Source: Methanobacteriota archaeon
GTDB lineage: Archaea; Thermoplasmatota; Thermoplasmata; SG8-5; DAIRED01
NCBI GenBank assembly: GCA_043799545.1
Contig: JAZDNO010000019.1
Location: 1 to 64,000 of the forward strand
Reading direction: 5' to 3'
Length of the DNA stretch: 64,000 nucleotides
A program made the position numbers and the translations under genes. The notes beneath the pieces are model-generated. The model saw only the letters and a program-made list of their open reading frames with translations, did not search any database and had not been told where the DNA came from. This document shows positions 8,369-18,531 of this stretch, piece by piece (position 1 is the stretch's first letter; the number at the start of each line of letters is the position of its first letter).

Positions 8369-11300
8369 TCAGCTCGCGACCCACTGCCCGGGCCCGCCCC
8401 GGCCCTTGCGCGATTCCGCCAGCGCCCTCTCGTAGAGCTTCTTCGCATCGCGGCTTCCGGGGTCTGCCGACACCGCGCGCTTGGCCCACAGGACGGCGCC
8501 CTCGACGTCGCCCCTGTCGAGGGCCAGCTTTGCCAGCTCGATGCCGGCGTCCGGCCTGTCGGGAGATGTGTCGAAGGCGCGCTTGAAGCTCGCCTCCGCC
8601 TCGATTCCTCGCCCAAGCTTGTGCATCGCCCGACCTGCGAGGATGCACGCGTTGTGGCTTTCTAGCTTCGACGCCACCTCGGCCGCGTCCTCGAACCTGC
8701 CGAGGGCGAACATGGCCTCCGCGGCGCCTTCCAGCGCCTCGTTTGCCGGGGCTCCCATCCTGTAGCCGCCCTCGAACCTGCGCAGCGCTTCGGCGTAGTC
8801 CCTGTTCTTCAGGGCGCAGTATCCCATGCTCAGCAGCAGCGTCGGGCTCTCGCCTTCCGCCTCCAGCGCCCCCTTGAGGTCCCTGTATGCAGAATGGTAG
8901 TCGCCGAGCTTCACGTGCGCCACCGAGCGCAGCTGCAGTATCTTCGGATGCCCGGGGTCTATGGAATCCAGCTCGTCCAGAATCCGCATCGCTTGCCTGG
9001 GATGCCCGGTCCTGAGGGCCGTCGAAGCCCTGGCCAGAGCTTCGCCGAGCGTCACGCTCGGGGGCTGGGCGGGGCGCTTTGGCTCGGGCGATGCCAGCCT
9101 CTCGCTCTCCAGTTCCTCGGGGGCGGCAGCGCGCGGGACCTTGCCCAACGGCCGGGGCAATCCCCCGCCGTGGCCCTTCAACCTCTCAATCTCAGACTGT
9201 TTTTCCAGGAGGACTTCCGCAAAGTGCTCCGACTCCTCCTTTTCCTTCTCCGTCTCCTTGGACAGGCGGCTCTCCAGTTCGCCGATTCGGCGCTCGCGCT
9301 CCACGAGGTCCGTGACGAGGCTCTTCTCCTTTTCCTCGACGAACGCCATGGACTTGCCCAGCTCGGCCCTGAGCGCCGAGTTCTCGCCGTCCAGAAGCTC
9401 GACCTTAGCGGCGAGCGCATCCCGCTCCTCCGCCGTCCGCTTCAGCTCCGCCGTCTCGCGCCTCAAATCGAAAAGCTCCCGCTCCTTGTCCTGGAGCAGC
9501 GACTGGACGCCGCGCGACCACTCGGCCTCGCGCGTCGCCTGGGCCAGCTCGGCCTTCGCCCTGTGCAGCTCGCCCTCGACCGCGCCCATGGCCTCCTTCG
9601 TCCTGCGCAGCTCGTCCCCGTCGCGGCGGGACATGTCCAGCTCGGAGCGCAGGCGGTCCCTCTCCGTCTCGACGGTGGCAAGCACCGAGCGAAGCTCCGA
9701 GGTGCGCGACGCCTCCGAGCCGAGCCTGTCCAGCTCGGCGCGCATCCGCTCCTGGCGCTCCCTCAGCTCGTCCGCCTCCGCGGCCTTGGCACGCGCGCGC
9801 TCGAGCTCGCGGTCCTGCTCCTTGATTCTCCGTTCCAGGTCCCTGGCTCGCTCCGCCTCGCCTTTGAGCACCGAGGTCTGCGCGGCACGCTCCTCGAATT
9901 CCTCGGCGACCTTCTTCGCCTCGCCGAGGGAGTAGAGCGCCCGGGCCAGCTCCTCGTCGCGCTTCTTCAGTTCGAACCTGATGCTCTTCAACTCGTCCGC
10001 CTTAGACCCTAGCCCGCGCGACGCCTCCTTCAGCAGTTTCAGCTCCGCCTCAAGCGCACCGGTCTTCTTCCTGGCCTCCTTCGCCTCCGCCTCGCGGTTC
10101 TTCGATTCCGCCTTCGCGGCCTCCAGCGCCCCGGCTTTGGCCATCAGATCCTCGTTGTGCTTCCTCAGCATCTCGCTCTCCTTCTGGAGCCCGTGGAGCG
10201 CCTTGTCCAGGCCGCTCGCTTTCTGCAGCCCCTTCTGCATACTGTCGAGCAGTTTGCGGTACCTCAGAACCTGCTCTGCCAGCTCCTTCCTCTCCTTCAG
10301 CAGAGGCTCGAGCTCCGTCGCCTTCGCCCGCGTCTCGGCCTTCGCGGATTCCATCTCGGACCTCAGCGCGGCCGTCTCCCGGTCCTTGGCTTCCAGCGCC
10401 TCGCGTCCGACCGTATCCCGCTTCACTTCTTCCAGGTCGCGCCCCGCCTTTTCCAGCTCGTCGTGCAATCGCGAAATCTCCGACTCCTTCTCGTCGAGCC
10501 TGGACTTGGGGACTGTGCCGGCTTCCAGCTCCGAGATGACGCGCTTCGCGGCATCGAGTTCCGAGCGCAGCGCCGACGCCCCCCGCCGTTCCTCGGCCAG
10601 TAAAACCTCGGCCTTGCCAGCGTCCACCTTGACGGACTCCATCCCGGATTTCAATTCAGTTATCCTGGCTTCCAGCTCGGAGCGCCTTGCCTCGGAGTCC
10701 TTGGCCGCGCTCGCGAGCCTCGCGTTCTCCGCGCCGAGACCGTCCAGATCCCTCCTCGCCCCGTCGAGGTCGCTCCGGGCGCGCGCCGCCTCGTCCATGG
10801 CCTTGTGGACCTCGGCCCTCTCACGAGCCAGCTCCTTCTCCCTGTAGGAAAGCTCCTCGTCCCTGACCTTGGACTGCTCCTCGCGCTTCGAGAGCATCCC
10901 ATGCTCGATGCGCTTCGCCTCCTCCCAGCGCAGGAGGTCCTGCTCCTTGCGGCCCAGCTCCTCGTCCCGCTTCTCCAGCCCCTGGAGTATCTCCAAACCC
11001 TTCACGAGGTCGCGCTCGTTGTCAGCCGCCCGCGCCTCCATCGCCTTGACCCGCGCCTCGCGCTCCCCCAGCTCCCTCTCCATGTTAAGAAGCTGGGAAT
11101 AGACCTGCTCGCGCTTGGCGTTCCATTCCTCCAGCTCGCGCTTCAGGCCCACGGACGCCTCCCGCTGGCGCTCCAAATCCTCGAGCTGCTCCTTCGACTC
11201 CCTGAGCCTGGAATCGAGTTTCGTCCGCTCGTCGTTGAGCGCGCTCTCGCGCACGGCCAGCTCGCGCTCCTTTGAATTCAATTTCTGCTCCAGGTCGATG

Positions 11301-11479
11301 AGGGCTCGGTCCTTCTCCATCACGCGCTTGAGAAGGGCGATGGTGTCGGAGTCGGACTTCGGCGCAACGGCCTGCTCCGGCGGAAGGGGTTCGGGCTGCC
11401 TAACTGGCTGCGCCTGCTCGTCCCTGTAATCCTTCGCCTTGCGCAGGAGCTTCTCCAGCGCCTTCTGGTTTGCATCCAT
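8369..11479 (-). CDS. Long coiled-coil protein with C-terminal TPR domain
   Basis: ~800 aa of E/K/R/L/A heptad-like sequence followed by TPR-like helical repeats; start MDANQK at 11479 (alternative 11548). Confidence 0.8.
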   Translation of the reverse strand: MDANQKALEKLLRKAKDYRDEQAQPVRQPEPLPPEQAVAPKSDSDTIALLKRVMEKDRALIDLEQKLNSKERELAVRESALNDERTKLDSRLRESKEQLEDLERQREASVGLKRELEEWNAKREQVYSQLLNMERELGEREARVKAMEARAADNERDLVKGLEILQGLEKRDEELGRKEQDLLRWEEAKRIEHGMLSKREEQSKVRDEELSYREKELARERAEVHKAMDEAARARSDLDGARRDLDGLGAENARLASAAKDSEARRSELEARITELKSGMESVKVDAGKAEVLLAEERRGASALRSELDAAKRVISELEAGTVPKSRLDEKESEISRLHDELEKAGRDLEEVKRDTVGREALEAKDRETAALRSEMESAKAETRAKATELEPLLKERKELAEQVLRYRKLLDSMQKGLQKASGLDKALHGLQKESEMLRKHNEDLMAKAGALEAAKAESKNREAEAKEARKKTGALEAELKLLKEASRGLGSKADELKSIRFELKKRDEELARALYSLGEAKKVAEEFEERAAQTSVLKGEAERARDLERRIKEQDRELERARAKAAEADELRERQERMRAELDRLGSEASRTSELRSVLATVETERDRLRSELDMSRRDGDELRRTKEAMGAVEGELHRAKAELAQATREAEWSRGVQSLLQDKERELFDLRRETAELKRTAEERDALAAKVELLDGENSALRAELGKSMAFVEEKEKSLVTDLVERERRIGELESRLSKETEKEKEESEHFAEVLLEKQSEIERLKGHGGGLPRPLGKVPRAAAPEELESERLASPEPKRPAQPPSVTLGEALARASTALRTGHPRQAMRILDELDSIDPGHPKILQLRSVAHVKLGDYHSAYRDLKGALEAEGESPTLLLSMGYCALKNRDYAEALRRFEGGYRMGAPANEALEGAAEAMFALGRFEDAAEVASKLESHNACILAGRAMHKLGRGIEAEASFKRAFDTSPDRPDAGIELAKLALDRGDVEGAVLWAKRAVSADPGSRDAKKLYERALAESRKGRGGPGQWVAS

Positions 11480-11632
11480 CTTGTAAGAGCGATAATCGTC
11501 ACTGCCGTAGGGCATTAATGTCCTCGACACCGAAATGCGGTTGGGCACAATAAGTTTTGCCTAGGATGTAAGAGAGTAGGGTCACGAAATCCTTTTAGTC
11601 TCGGATTGCTCTCATGGTTCGAAGTGGGGAAA

Positions 11633-14600
11633 ATGGCGCGCGCATTCATTGTTGGGCTGGCAATCCTGACGGTACTAGCTACTATGGGGAACGTCGGGAG
11701 CGTTCAGCAAGATGATGAATCACAGGTTTTTCAACCAGAGTTGCCAATCGAACTGTTCCAAGGGTTACCGGAGGGTACGAGAGGGATACTGGACCCGGCG
11801 TGGGGGAATAAAACGACGAATACGGCGGTGTGCATCGCCACAGGTGACCAAAATGTTCCAATGATGATTCCAGATGGGCAAGGAGGTTCAATCATTGTTT
11901 GGGAGGATGGACGAACTGGCAATTACGACATTTATGCTCAACATGTCAATTCCTCGGGATTTAATATGTGGACGGGTAACGGAGTCGCAGTGTGCACTGC
12001 TTCCAGCATCCAATGTGAACTCGCCCTTGTGCCTGACGGACAGGGTGGAGCGATTATCGTATGGCGAGATTTCCGTAGCGGGACTAACTATGACTTATAT
12101 GCGCAACGAGTGAGTGGGAGCGGAAATGTTCTTTGGGCAGCCAACGGAGTGCCCATCTGTACCGCGGGTGGTGACCAATATCTACCTCAACCTGTTCCCG
12201 ATGGCATGGGCGGTGCAATTATCTCATGGTATGATTATCGTAGCGGTACGAATTATGATATTTACGCTCAACGTATTAGCGCTACTGGAACGGTCTTGTG
12301 GACTATGAACGGAATTGCGGTTTGCTCAGCTACAGGTCACCAAGCGCCCTCCCGCCTCGAACCCGATGGTCAAGGTGGCGCAATCATCGCATGGAGTGAT
12401 ACGAGAAGTGGCAATAATGACATCTATGCTCAGCGCGTAAATAAAACCGGTGTAAGCCAGTGGACCGCGAATGGTGTCGCCTTATGCACATTAACTAGCA
12501 GCCAGTACGCGCCGCAGCTTGCACCCGACGGTCAAGGCGGGGTTATAGTCGCTTGGAACGATTATCGCAGTGGACCATATTGTGACATCTATGCCCAACG
12601 GGTGAGCTGGGACGGCTCAATAAAATGGGTCCTCAACGGAGTGGCTGTATTCACTGGTTCTCCGGACTTGACATATCATCAGCTAGTGCCTGATGGGCAG
12701 GGTGGCGCGATAGTGGTATGGGATGATGATCGTAGCGGGTCATATTATGACATATATGCACAACGTGTGAGAGGGGATGGAATCATGCTTTGGGCTGCCA
12801 ATGGTGTAGTGGTATGCAACGCTGTTATGAGCCAAACCCGTCCACAATTAATTCCGGATGGCGAAGGTGGTGCGGTAATCGTATGGAACGATTTCCGTGG
12901 AGGATCTGATTGCGACGTATTCGCGCAGCGTGTGAATATGAATGGTATCTCGTTGTGGAATAGGAATGGGTTGCCCGTATGCACGGCAACTGGCTATCAG
13001 CAAAATCCTCAAATAGTAATCGACAGCCGCTGGCTCTCCGGCAACCAGCAAGCCCAATCCCCTGAGCAGTCGAACACCGCGAACGAGTTTAAAGGAATCA
13101 TCGTTGTTTGGGAGGACGACCGGAACACATTTACAACTGGCCACGACATCTACGTCCAAGCCATAAACGAGGACGGCAAGGAGTTCGTGGAGAGGCACGC
13201 GCTCGACCCGAGGTGGGGGAACGAGACGACGAATACGGCGGTGTGTACGGCACACTGGGCAGGATATCCGCAACAGATCCCTGATGGGCAGGGTGGCGCG
13301 ATATGCACATGGGCAGACTTACGTAGTGGTGCTTACCATACAATTTTTGCGCAAAGGATGAGCGCTATTGGGGTTGCCCGTTGGAACGTGAATGGGACGC
13401 TCGTTTGCTCAGTATCTGGAGATGCTTGGGCACCTGAAATAATGCCAGATGGCCAAGGAGGGGCCATAATTACGTGGCATGATTATCGTGCTGGGGGTGC
13501 TAATTCAAATGTATATGCACAACGGTTAAACGCGAGTGGGGTAGCGCAGTGGGTTACGAACGGTGTGGCAATCTGTACTGCGAGCGGGAATCAAGAATAT
13601 TCGCAGTTAATTCCTGATGGTAAAGGGGGAGCCATCATAGTCTGGCATGATACACGTAACGGGAACGAGGACTTCTACGCACAGCGTATAAGCCCGAGTG
13701 GGGTCACACAGTGGTCCATGAACGGTGTTGCGGTGTGCACAGCAAGTGAAGATCAATGGTCACCACGGGTGGCTCCTGACGGTCAAGGCGGTGCGATAAT
13801 TTCATGGGAGGATTTCCGAAGCGGTAATCTTGACATTTATGCACAACGAGTGAATTCTAGCGGGATTAGCCAGTGGTCTGTTAACGGCGTTTCTGTCTGC
13901 ACTGCAAGCGGTGGCCAATACGAAACGCAGATTATTCCGTCTGGTGCAGGTGGTGCGATTATCGTGTGGAGCGATTCTCGTAGCGGAACGAATTACGATA
14001 TTTTTGGACAGCGGTTAAGTGCGAATGGCATTTCGTTGTGGGCAACGAATGGTGTGAATATTTGCAGCGCGAATGGGAACCAATATCAACCGGAGCTTGT
14101 CCCAGATGGGCAAGGTGGTGCGATCATCGTTTGGGAAGATAGGCCGGTTGGGGGAGACGATTACATTAAAGCACAGCGTATAAGCGAAGATGGAAGTGCG
14201 TGCTGGTCCGTGGACGGCATAGCAGTTTGCACAATGATTGGAGGTCAATACAATCCGCAACTAGTCCCCGATGGGCAGGGTGGCGCTATAGTCATATGGG
14301 AAGATCACCGCAACGGAAACGCAGATATCTACGCGCAGTGTCTTAATGTGACTGGGTCTAGACAGTGGGCAGATGACGGATTGGCAGAATCCACCGCGGT
14401 CGAAGATCAACGTTATTCTGATATTAGCTTAGATGGCCAGGGGGGTGTAATACTGACTTGGCGGGATACACGAAGTGGGTTATACGACATCTACGCCCAG
14501 CGCATCTCCCTCACCCAGTTCACCGTGGTCGTCAACGAGGTCCAATACGACCCGACCACTGGTGACGAATGGGTTGAGCTTTACAACCCGACCCAAATAC

Positions 14601-15523
14601 CATACGATATCTCGGGCTGGAAGCTGGTTGATAACACGAATTCCGCAGTTTTCGCTGTCCCAGCCTTGACAACATTGGCTTCGGATGCCTACTACGTCTG
14701 CAATCTATCTGCACCCGTCCTCGACAACGACGACTGGGTCGCGTTGACAGACTCCGACGGGACGCTACGTGACTATGTCTGCTGGGGAATCGCTGAACCG
14801 TTCGGCGCTACCTACGACAGCGCAGTCAAGGCGCAGATGTGGACGCAAGGCACTGGATTCTACGTCGACACCTTCTCGCATGTCCTCGACCAGACAATAG
14901 GCCGAGACCAGGATTCCAACGACAGCAACAGCAAATTCGATTGGGAAATCACTTGCGGAGCGGACGCAAGCGTACCGACACCAGGAGCTAGAAACCTGGG
15001 CGGCGCAGCAGTGTGGGCATCACAGAGCGTCCCCCTTCATGTGGGCTGGAACCTAATTTCTTTGCCATTGATACAGAACGATACTTCTATTGCAGCAAGC
15101 CTTTCATCAATCGCCGGGAAGTACAACCGCGTGCTAGCTTACGACGCTCTTGATGCGGCCGACCACTGGAAGCAATACTGCGCGTTCTGGCCAGCCTCTC
15201 TGAACCAACTCAACACCATCGACCACAAAATCGGATTCTGGCTGAACGTGACCCAGGCCACGACGCTGTGGGTCAACGGCACCGTGCCAGGCACGACCTC
15301 AATCAATCTGCGCACAGGCTGGAACCTCGTAGGGTATCCAACTCTAAACAACTCAACCAACGTGGGAACTGCGTTCCTGGGGACTGGAGCGGACATCGTC
15401 GAAGCCTACGACGGCGGGCAGACGTACCTTACGAGTGTTCTCGCGCCAACGTATAAGATGAAACCTGGCGAGGCCTACTGGGTGCACGTACCGGCTGATA
15501 CAATCTGGACTGTGAATTGGTAG
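11633..15523 (+). CDS. Secreted protein: signal peptide, 2 x 8 ~55-aa DGQGGAIIxW..DIYAQR repeats (beta-propeller-like), lamin-tail-like domain, C-terminal GWNL domain
   Basis: Signal-like MARAFIVGLAILTVLA; 16 countable repeats; VVVNEVQYDP..EWVELYNP (LTD-like); no C-terminal TM. Confidence 0.85.
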   Translation: MARAFIVGLAILTVLATMGNVGSVQQDDESQVFQPELPIELFQGLPEGTRGILDPAWGNKTTNTAVCIATGDQNVPMMIPDGQGGSIIVWEDGRTGNYDIYAQHVNSSGFNMWTGNGVAVCTASSIQCELALVPDGQGGAIIVWRDFRSGTNYDLYAQRVSGSGNVLWAANGVPICTAGGDQYLPQPVPDGMGGAIISWYDYRSGTNYDIYAQRISATGTVLWTMNGIAVCSATGHQAPSRLEPDGQGGAIIAWSDTRSGNNDIYAQRVNKTGVSQWTANGVALCTLTSSQYAPQLAPDGQGGVIVAWNDYRSGPYCDIYAQRVSWDGSIKWVLNGVAVFTGSPDLTYHQLVPDGQGGAIVVWDDDRSGSYYDIYAQRVRGDGIMLWAANGVVVCNAVMSQTRPQLIPDGEGGAVIVWNDFRGGSDCDVFAQRVNMNGISLWNRNGLPVCTATGYQQNPQIVIDSRWLSGNQQAQSPEQSNTANEFKGIIVVWEDDRNTFTTGHDIYVQAINEDGKEFVERHALDPRWGNETTNTAVCTAHWAGYPQQIPDGQGGAICTWADLRSGAYHTIFAQRMSAIGVARWNVNGTLVCSVSGDAWAPEIMPDGQGGAIITWHDYRAGGANSNVYAQRLNASGVAQWVTNGVAICTASGNQEYSQLIPDGKGGAIIVWHDTRNGNEDFYAQRISPSGVTQWSMNGVAVCTASEDQWSPRVAPDGQGGAIISWEDFRSGNLDIYAQRVNSSGISQWSVNGVSVCTASGGQYETQIIPSGAGGAIIVWSDSRSGTNYDIFGQRLSANGISLWATNGVNICSANGNQYQPELVPDGQGGAIIVWEDRPVGGDDYIKAQRISEDGSACWSVDGIAVCTMIGGQYNPQLVPDGQGGAIVIWEDHRNGNADIYAQCLNVTGSRQWADDGLAESTAVEDQRYSDISLDGQGGVILTWRDTRSGLYDIYAQRISLTQFTVVVNEVQYDPTTGDEWVELYNPTQIPYDISGWKLVDNTNSAVFAVPALTTLASDAYYVCNLSAPVLDNDDWVALTDSDGTLRDYVCWGIAEPFGATYDSAVKAQMWTQGTGFYVDTFSHVLDQTIGRDQDSNDSNSKFDWEITCGADASVPTPGARNLGGAAVWASQSVPLHVGWNLISLPLIQNDTSIAASLSSIAGKYNRVLAYDALDAADHWKQYCAFWPASLNQLNTIDHKIGFWLNVTQATTLWVNGTVPGTTSINLRTGWNLVGYPTLNNSTNVGTAFLGTGADIVEAYDGGQTYLTSVLAPTYKMKPGEAYWVHVPADTIWTVNW
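11813..13245 (+). repeat. Identical 20-bp direct repeat ACGACGAATACGGCGGTGTG at 11813-11832 and 13226-13245
   Basis: Read directly from the sequence; each copy precedes a block of protein repeats. Confidence 0.85.
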
Positions 15524-15548
15524 GGATTCTGCGACCTGGATACGATGC

Positions 15549-16667
15549 TCAATCCCGTAACATGTACTCATCAAGGTGAGCTCTGGCTTCCTCGCGCTTC
15601 GCCTGGTGCTCTTCGAGGAACTTCAAAACCTTCTCGGCCAGCCCCTGCTTGCACTCTCCACACAGGATTTTTCCACCCGTGCAATCGTTACGAAGCGCCG
15701 CCAGCTTCGCATCATCGGGCTCGAACACGTAGTTGAGGTACTGGTACACCGAGCAGATGTCCGGGTTGCCGCCCTTGGCGCGCTGCTCATCCACCGACAC
15801 GCAGCCGCCCGTGAACGCAGACATGATTTTCTTCCGCGCCACCTTCGGCGTGTCGACGGTGTAAATCGCCGTATCGGGTATCGACGCCGACATCTTGTCC
15901 GCCCCCGCCAGGCTCGGGAGCATCTTGCAGTAGAACATCGACGGCTTGGGGTATCCCATCCTGTCGGCGACGTCGCGCGTCACCCGGAAGTGCGGGTCCT
16001 GGTCTATGGCGCAAGGTATCACGCACGGCACGTTCCTACCCGCCTCGGCAGAGCCAAGGAACGCAGGGACGGCCTGCATGCTGGTGTAGAATATCTCGCC
16101 GATGTTGTTGCTGTTCTCGAAGCCGAAGACCGCCTTCGCGGTAGAGAACGTGATGCGCTTCGCCACCTCAATCGCAATCGGATACAGCGTGTGGATGTAC
16201 TCCGTATCCAGGAAAATCTTCGTCTTGTCCGGCTTGAAGCCGAGCGCGATCAAATCGAGCGCGTTTTCGTACGCGTACTCCTTGACCTGCGCCCTCGTCA
16301 TGTCGTCCTTGAAGACGAATTTTTCATCATCGGTCAGCTGGAAGTAGAGCTTCGAGCCGAAGACGTCCTGCATGTGTTTCGTGAAGAGCCAGGGCATCAT
16401 GTGGCCCAGGTGCGTGTGACCGGAAGGCCCGCGCCCGGTGTAGAGGTAGAACGGATTGCCCTTCTCGAGCTGGTCCAGAGCCCAGCCAAAATCGCGATGC
16501 GAATAGAAAATCCCCCGCCTCAGCATCGGGTGGAGCGGCGCGAACTTCTCCCATCTGGCCAAAAGCTCGGGCGTTATCCGCTGGGTGCCGAACCTCTCTA
16601 TGAGCCTGTCGTAATCGACCTCGCCCTCTACCTTCCAGGGCGTCACGACGAAGTCGTCCCCTGCCAT
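15549..16667 (-). CDS. trpS: Tryptophanyl-tRNA synthetase (archaeal type)
   Basis: GRGPSGHTHLGH (HIGH-like), IDQDPHFR, KMSAS. Confidence 0.96.
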   Translation of the reverse strand: MAGDDFVVTPWKVEGEVDYDRLIERFGTQRITPELLARWEKFAPLHPMLRRGIFYSHRDFGWALDQLEKGNPFYLYTGRGPSGHTHLGHMMPWLFTKHMQDVFGSKLYFQLTDDEKFVFKDDMTRAQVKEYAYENALDLIALGFKPDKTKIFLDTEYIHTLYPIAIEVAKRITFSTAKAVFGFENSNNIGEIFYTSMQAVPAFLGSAEAGRNVPCVIPCAIDQDPHFRVTRDVADRMGYPKPSMFYCKMLPSLAGADKMSASIPDTAIYTVDTPKVARKKIMSAFTGGCVSVDEQRAKGGNPDICSVYQYLNYVFEPDDAKLAALRNDCTGGKILCGECKQGLAEKVLKFLEEHQAKREEARAHLDEYMLRD

Positions 16668-16794
16668 GCGGGAGAGAATCTGCCGAGGGCATATATACAT
16701 TGCTCCGGAGGTGGGACGCGAAACTCGCCGTCGCGAACATGTTAGCAGAAAAGACTATATGGGTCAAGCCGATTTCCAGGCTGAGGTTGAACAC

Positions 16795-17127
16795 ATGGCA
16801 GGAGAAGGCGGACCGCACACGCTCATGGACGCAGGATTCGACGCATTCATCAAGGGGAACGGGCTCGCCGCTGTTGATTTCTGGGCGCCCTGGTGCGGAC
16901 CTTGCATGAAGATGGGGCCGAACTTCGAGGCGCTTGCCAAGGTATATCGAGGCAAGATTGCCTTCGCCAAGGTCAACGTCGACGACAACCAGGGGACGGC
17001 GCAGAAGTTCGGAATAATGAGCATCCCATCCATCCTCCTTTTCAAGAACGGGAAGATGGTCCACCAGATGGTGGGCTTTGTGCCGAAGGAGATGCTGGAC
17101 GCCGAGCTGAAGAAGCACCTCCTGTGA
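16795..17127 (+). CDS. trxA: Thioredoxin
   Basis: FWAPWCGPC, IMSIPSILLFKNG. Confidence 0.95.
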   Translation: MAGEGGPHTLMDAGFDAFIKGNGLAAVDFWAPWCGPCMKMGPNFEALAKVYRGKIAFAKVNVDDNQGTAQKFGIMSIPSILLFKNGKMVHQMVGFVPKEMLDAELKKHLL

Positions 17128-17139
17128 GCGCTCCGGCAC

Positions 17140-18060
17140 ATGACCGAATACGACCTGGCCATTGTGGGCGCGGGGGTAGCCGGCCTGAGCGCGGGGACGT
17201 ACGCGGGCAGGGGCGGTCTCAAGGTTATTATCCTCGACGAGGGAACCGCTGGAGGGGTCGCCAACAACGCCCCTGTCGTGGAGAATTTTCCGGGGTTCGA
17301 ATCTATCGCGGGTCACGAGCTGGTAGGGCGCATGAGGGCGCAGACCGCCAGGTACGCGGAGATACGCGAACTCGTGCAGGTCAAGTCCGTGACTGGCGCC
17401 GGGCCGTTTGTGCTGGAGCTTGAGGGCGGCTCAGTCGCGGCGAGGGCGGTCGTCATAGCGACCGGAGCCAAATACAAGCCGCTCGGCCTGCAGAGCGAGT
17501 TCAGACTGGCGGGCAAGGGAGTCTCGTACTGCGCCACATGCGACGGCTTTTTCTTTAAGGGAAAGAAAGTATTCCTCGTCGGTGGGGGGAACAGCGCCCT
17601 CTGCGAGGCGCTCCACCTGCACAAGACCGGCGTGGACGTCACGCTCGTACACAGGAGGAGCGAGCTCAGGGCGGAGAAGCAGCTCCAGGATGCTTATTTC
17701 CAGGCGGGGGGCAAGGCAATCCTCGGGACGGTCGTCGAGGACATTTTGGGAGAGTCCGTCGTCACTGGCATCCGCCTCAGGAAAACCGAGGGCGGCCCTT
17801 CGGAAGATTACCAGTGCAGCGGCGTCTTCGTCGCCATAGGCTTCGAGCCCAACAATTCGCTGGCGAAACAGCTCGGAGTGGCGTTGAAGGACGACGGGAG
17901 CGTTCTCGTGGACGGCCACCAGCGCACTTCCGCGCGCTACGTTTACGCAGCAGGCGACATCACTCCCGGCATCAAGCAGATGGTGACCGCGGCCGCTCAG
18001 GGCGCAACAGCGGCTTTGGCGGCGTTCGAGGACCTGACCACGCCGTATTGGAAAAAATAA
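17140..18060 (+). CDS. trxB: Thioredoxin reductase
   Basis: GAGVAG FAD motif, CATCDG redox motif, GGGNSA, AAGDIT. Confidence 0.94.
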   Translation: MTEYDLAIVGAGVAGLSAGTYAGRGGLKVIILDEGTAGGVANNAPVVENFPGFESIAGHELVGRMRAQTARYAEIRELVQVKSVTGAGPFVLELEGGSVAARAVVIATGAKYKPLGLQSEFRLAGKGVSYCATCDGFFFKGKKVFLVGGGNSALCEALHLHKTGVDVTLVHRRSELRAEKQLQDAYFQAGGKAILGTVVEDILGESVVTGIRLRKTEGGPSEDYQCSGVFVAIGFEPNNSLAKQLGVALKDDGSVLVDGHQRTSARYVYAAGDITPGIKQMVTAAAQGATAALAAFEDLTTPYWKK

Positions 18061-18237
18061 GTGCGCTCCGCTCATTATTAATACAAGTTTTTTGGCGCGA
18101 ATTGGGGAATCTGGATATATGCCTATAAACGCTTTTCCTTGGCGAGAGGCATACTATTAGATAAACACATCGTAAGCTATTTATACTACCGCTAATATAT
18201 GTCGCTTCCCGCAAAATACTTAAAGGAGAACTCCCGA

Positions 18238-18525
18238 ATGAAACGCTTGGGCCGCGTCGACCTCATCTCGCACAACGGGTGCCTCATCCTGAGGGGCGAT
18301 TTTGCCCCGCAGGAAGGCGCTGGGGTGCTTGACAAGGCCGGCAAGGGCATCGGGCGCGTCGTCAGGGTATTCGGGCCCGTTGCGGCGCCTTTCGTGTCGA
18401 TCGAGCCTTCCCGGGACATAAGGAAGTCGATGGTCGGGGCGATAGGCCAGGATGTGTTCGTTGACGAGGCGGCGAGGCAGTACGTTGCCTTCCGCGGAGT
18501 CAGGCGGCCGAGGAGAAAGGGGTGA
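18238..18525 (+). CDS. gar1: H/ACA RNP subunit Gar1/Naf1
   Basis: Short beta-barrel with IGRVVRVFGPVAAPFVSI, directly upstream of tfb as is common in euryarchaea; start 18238 or 18199. Confidence 0.75.
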   Translation: MKRLGRVDLISHNGCLILRGDFAPQEGAGVLDKAGKGIGRVVRVFGPVAAPFVSIEPSRDIRKSMVGAIGQDVFVDEAARQYVAFRGVRRPRRKG

Positions 18526-18531
18526 GAGGAA

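Noticed and set aside
8481-11275. Several long plus-strand ORFs (e.g. 8894-10012, 8961-9935, 9981-10847)
   Set aside because: Antisense shadows of the GC-rich coiled-coil gene, with S/R/L/A-biased composition. The same applies to 46907-48475, 23178-24374 and similar ORFs.
11760-14500. CRISPR array or DGR template/variable repeat pair
   Set aside because: The repeats are protein-level, in frame and diverged at all four bases, with no adenine-specific mismatch pattern. No cas or reverse transcriptase gene is in the window.
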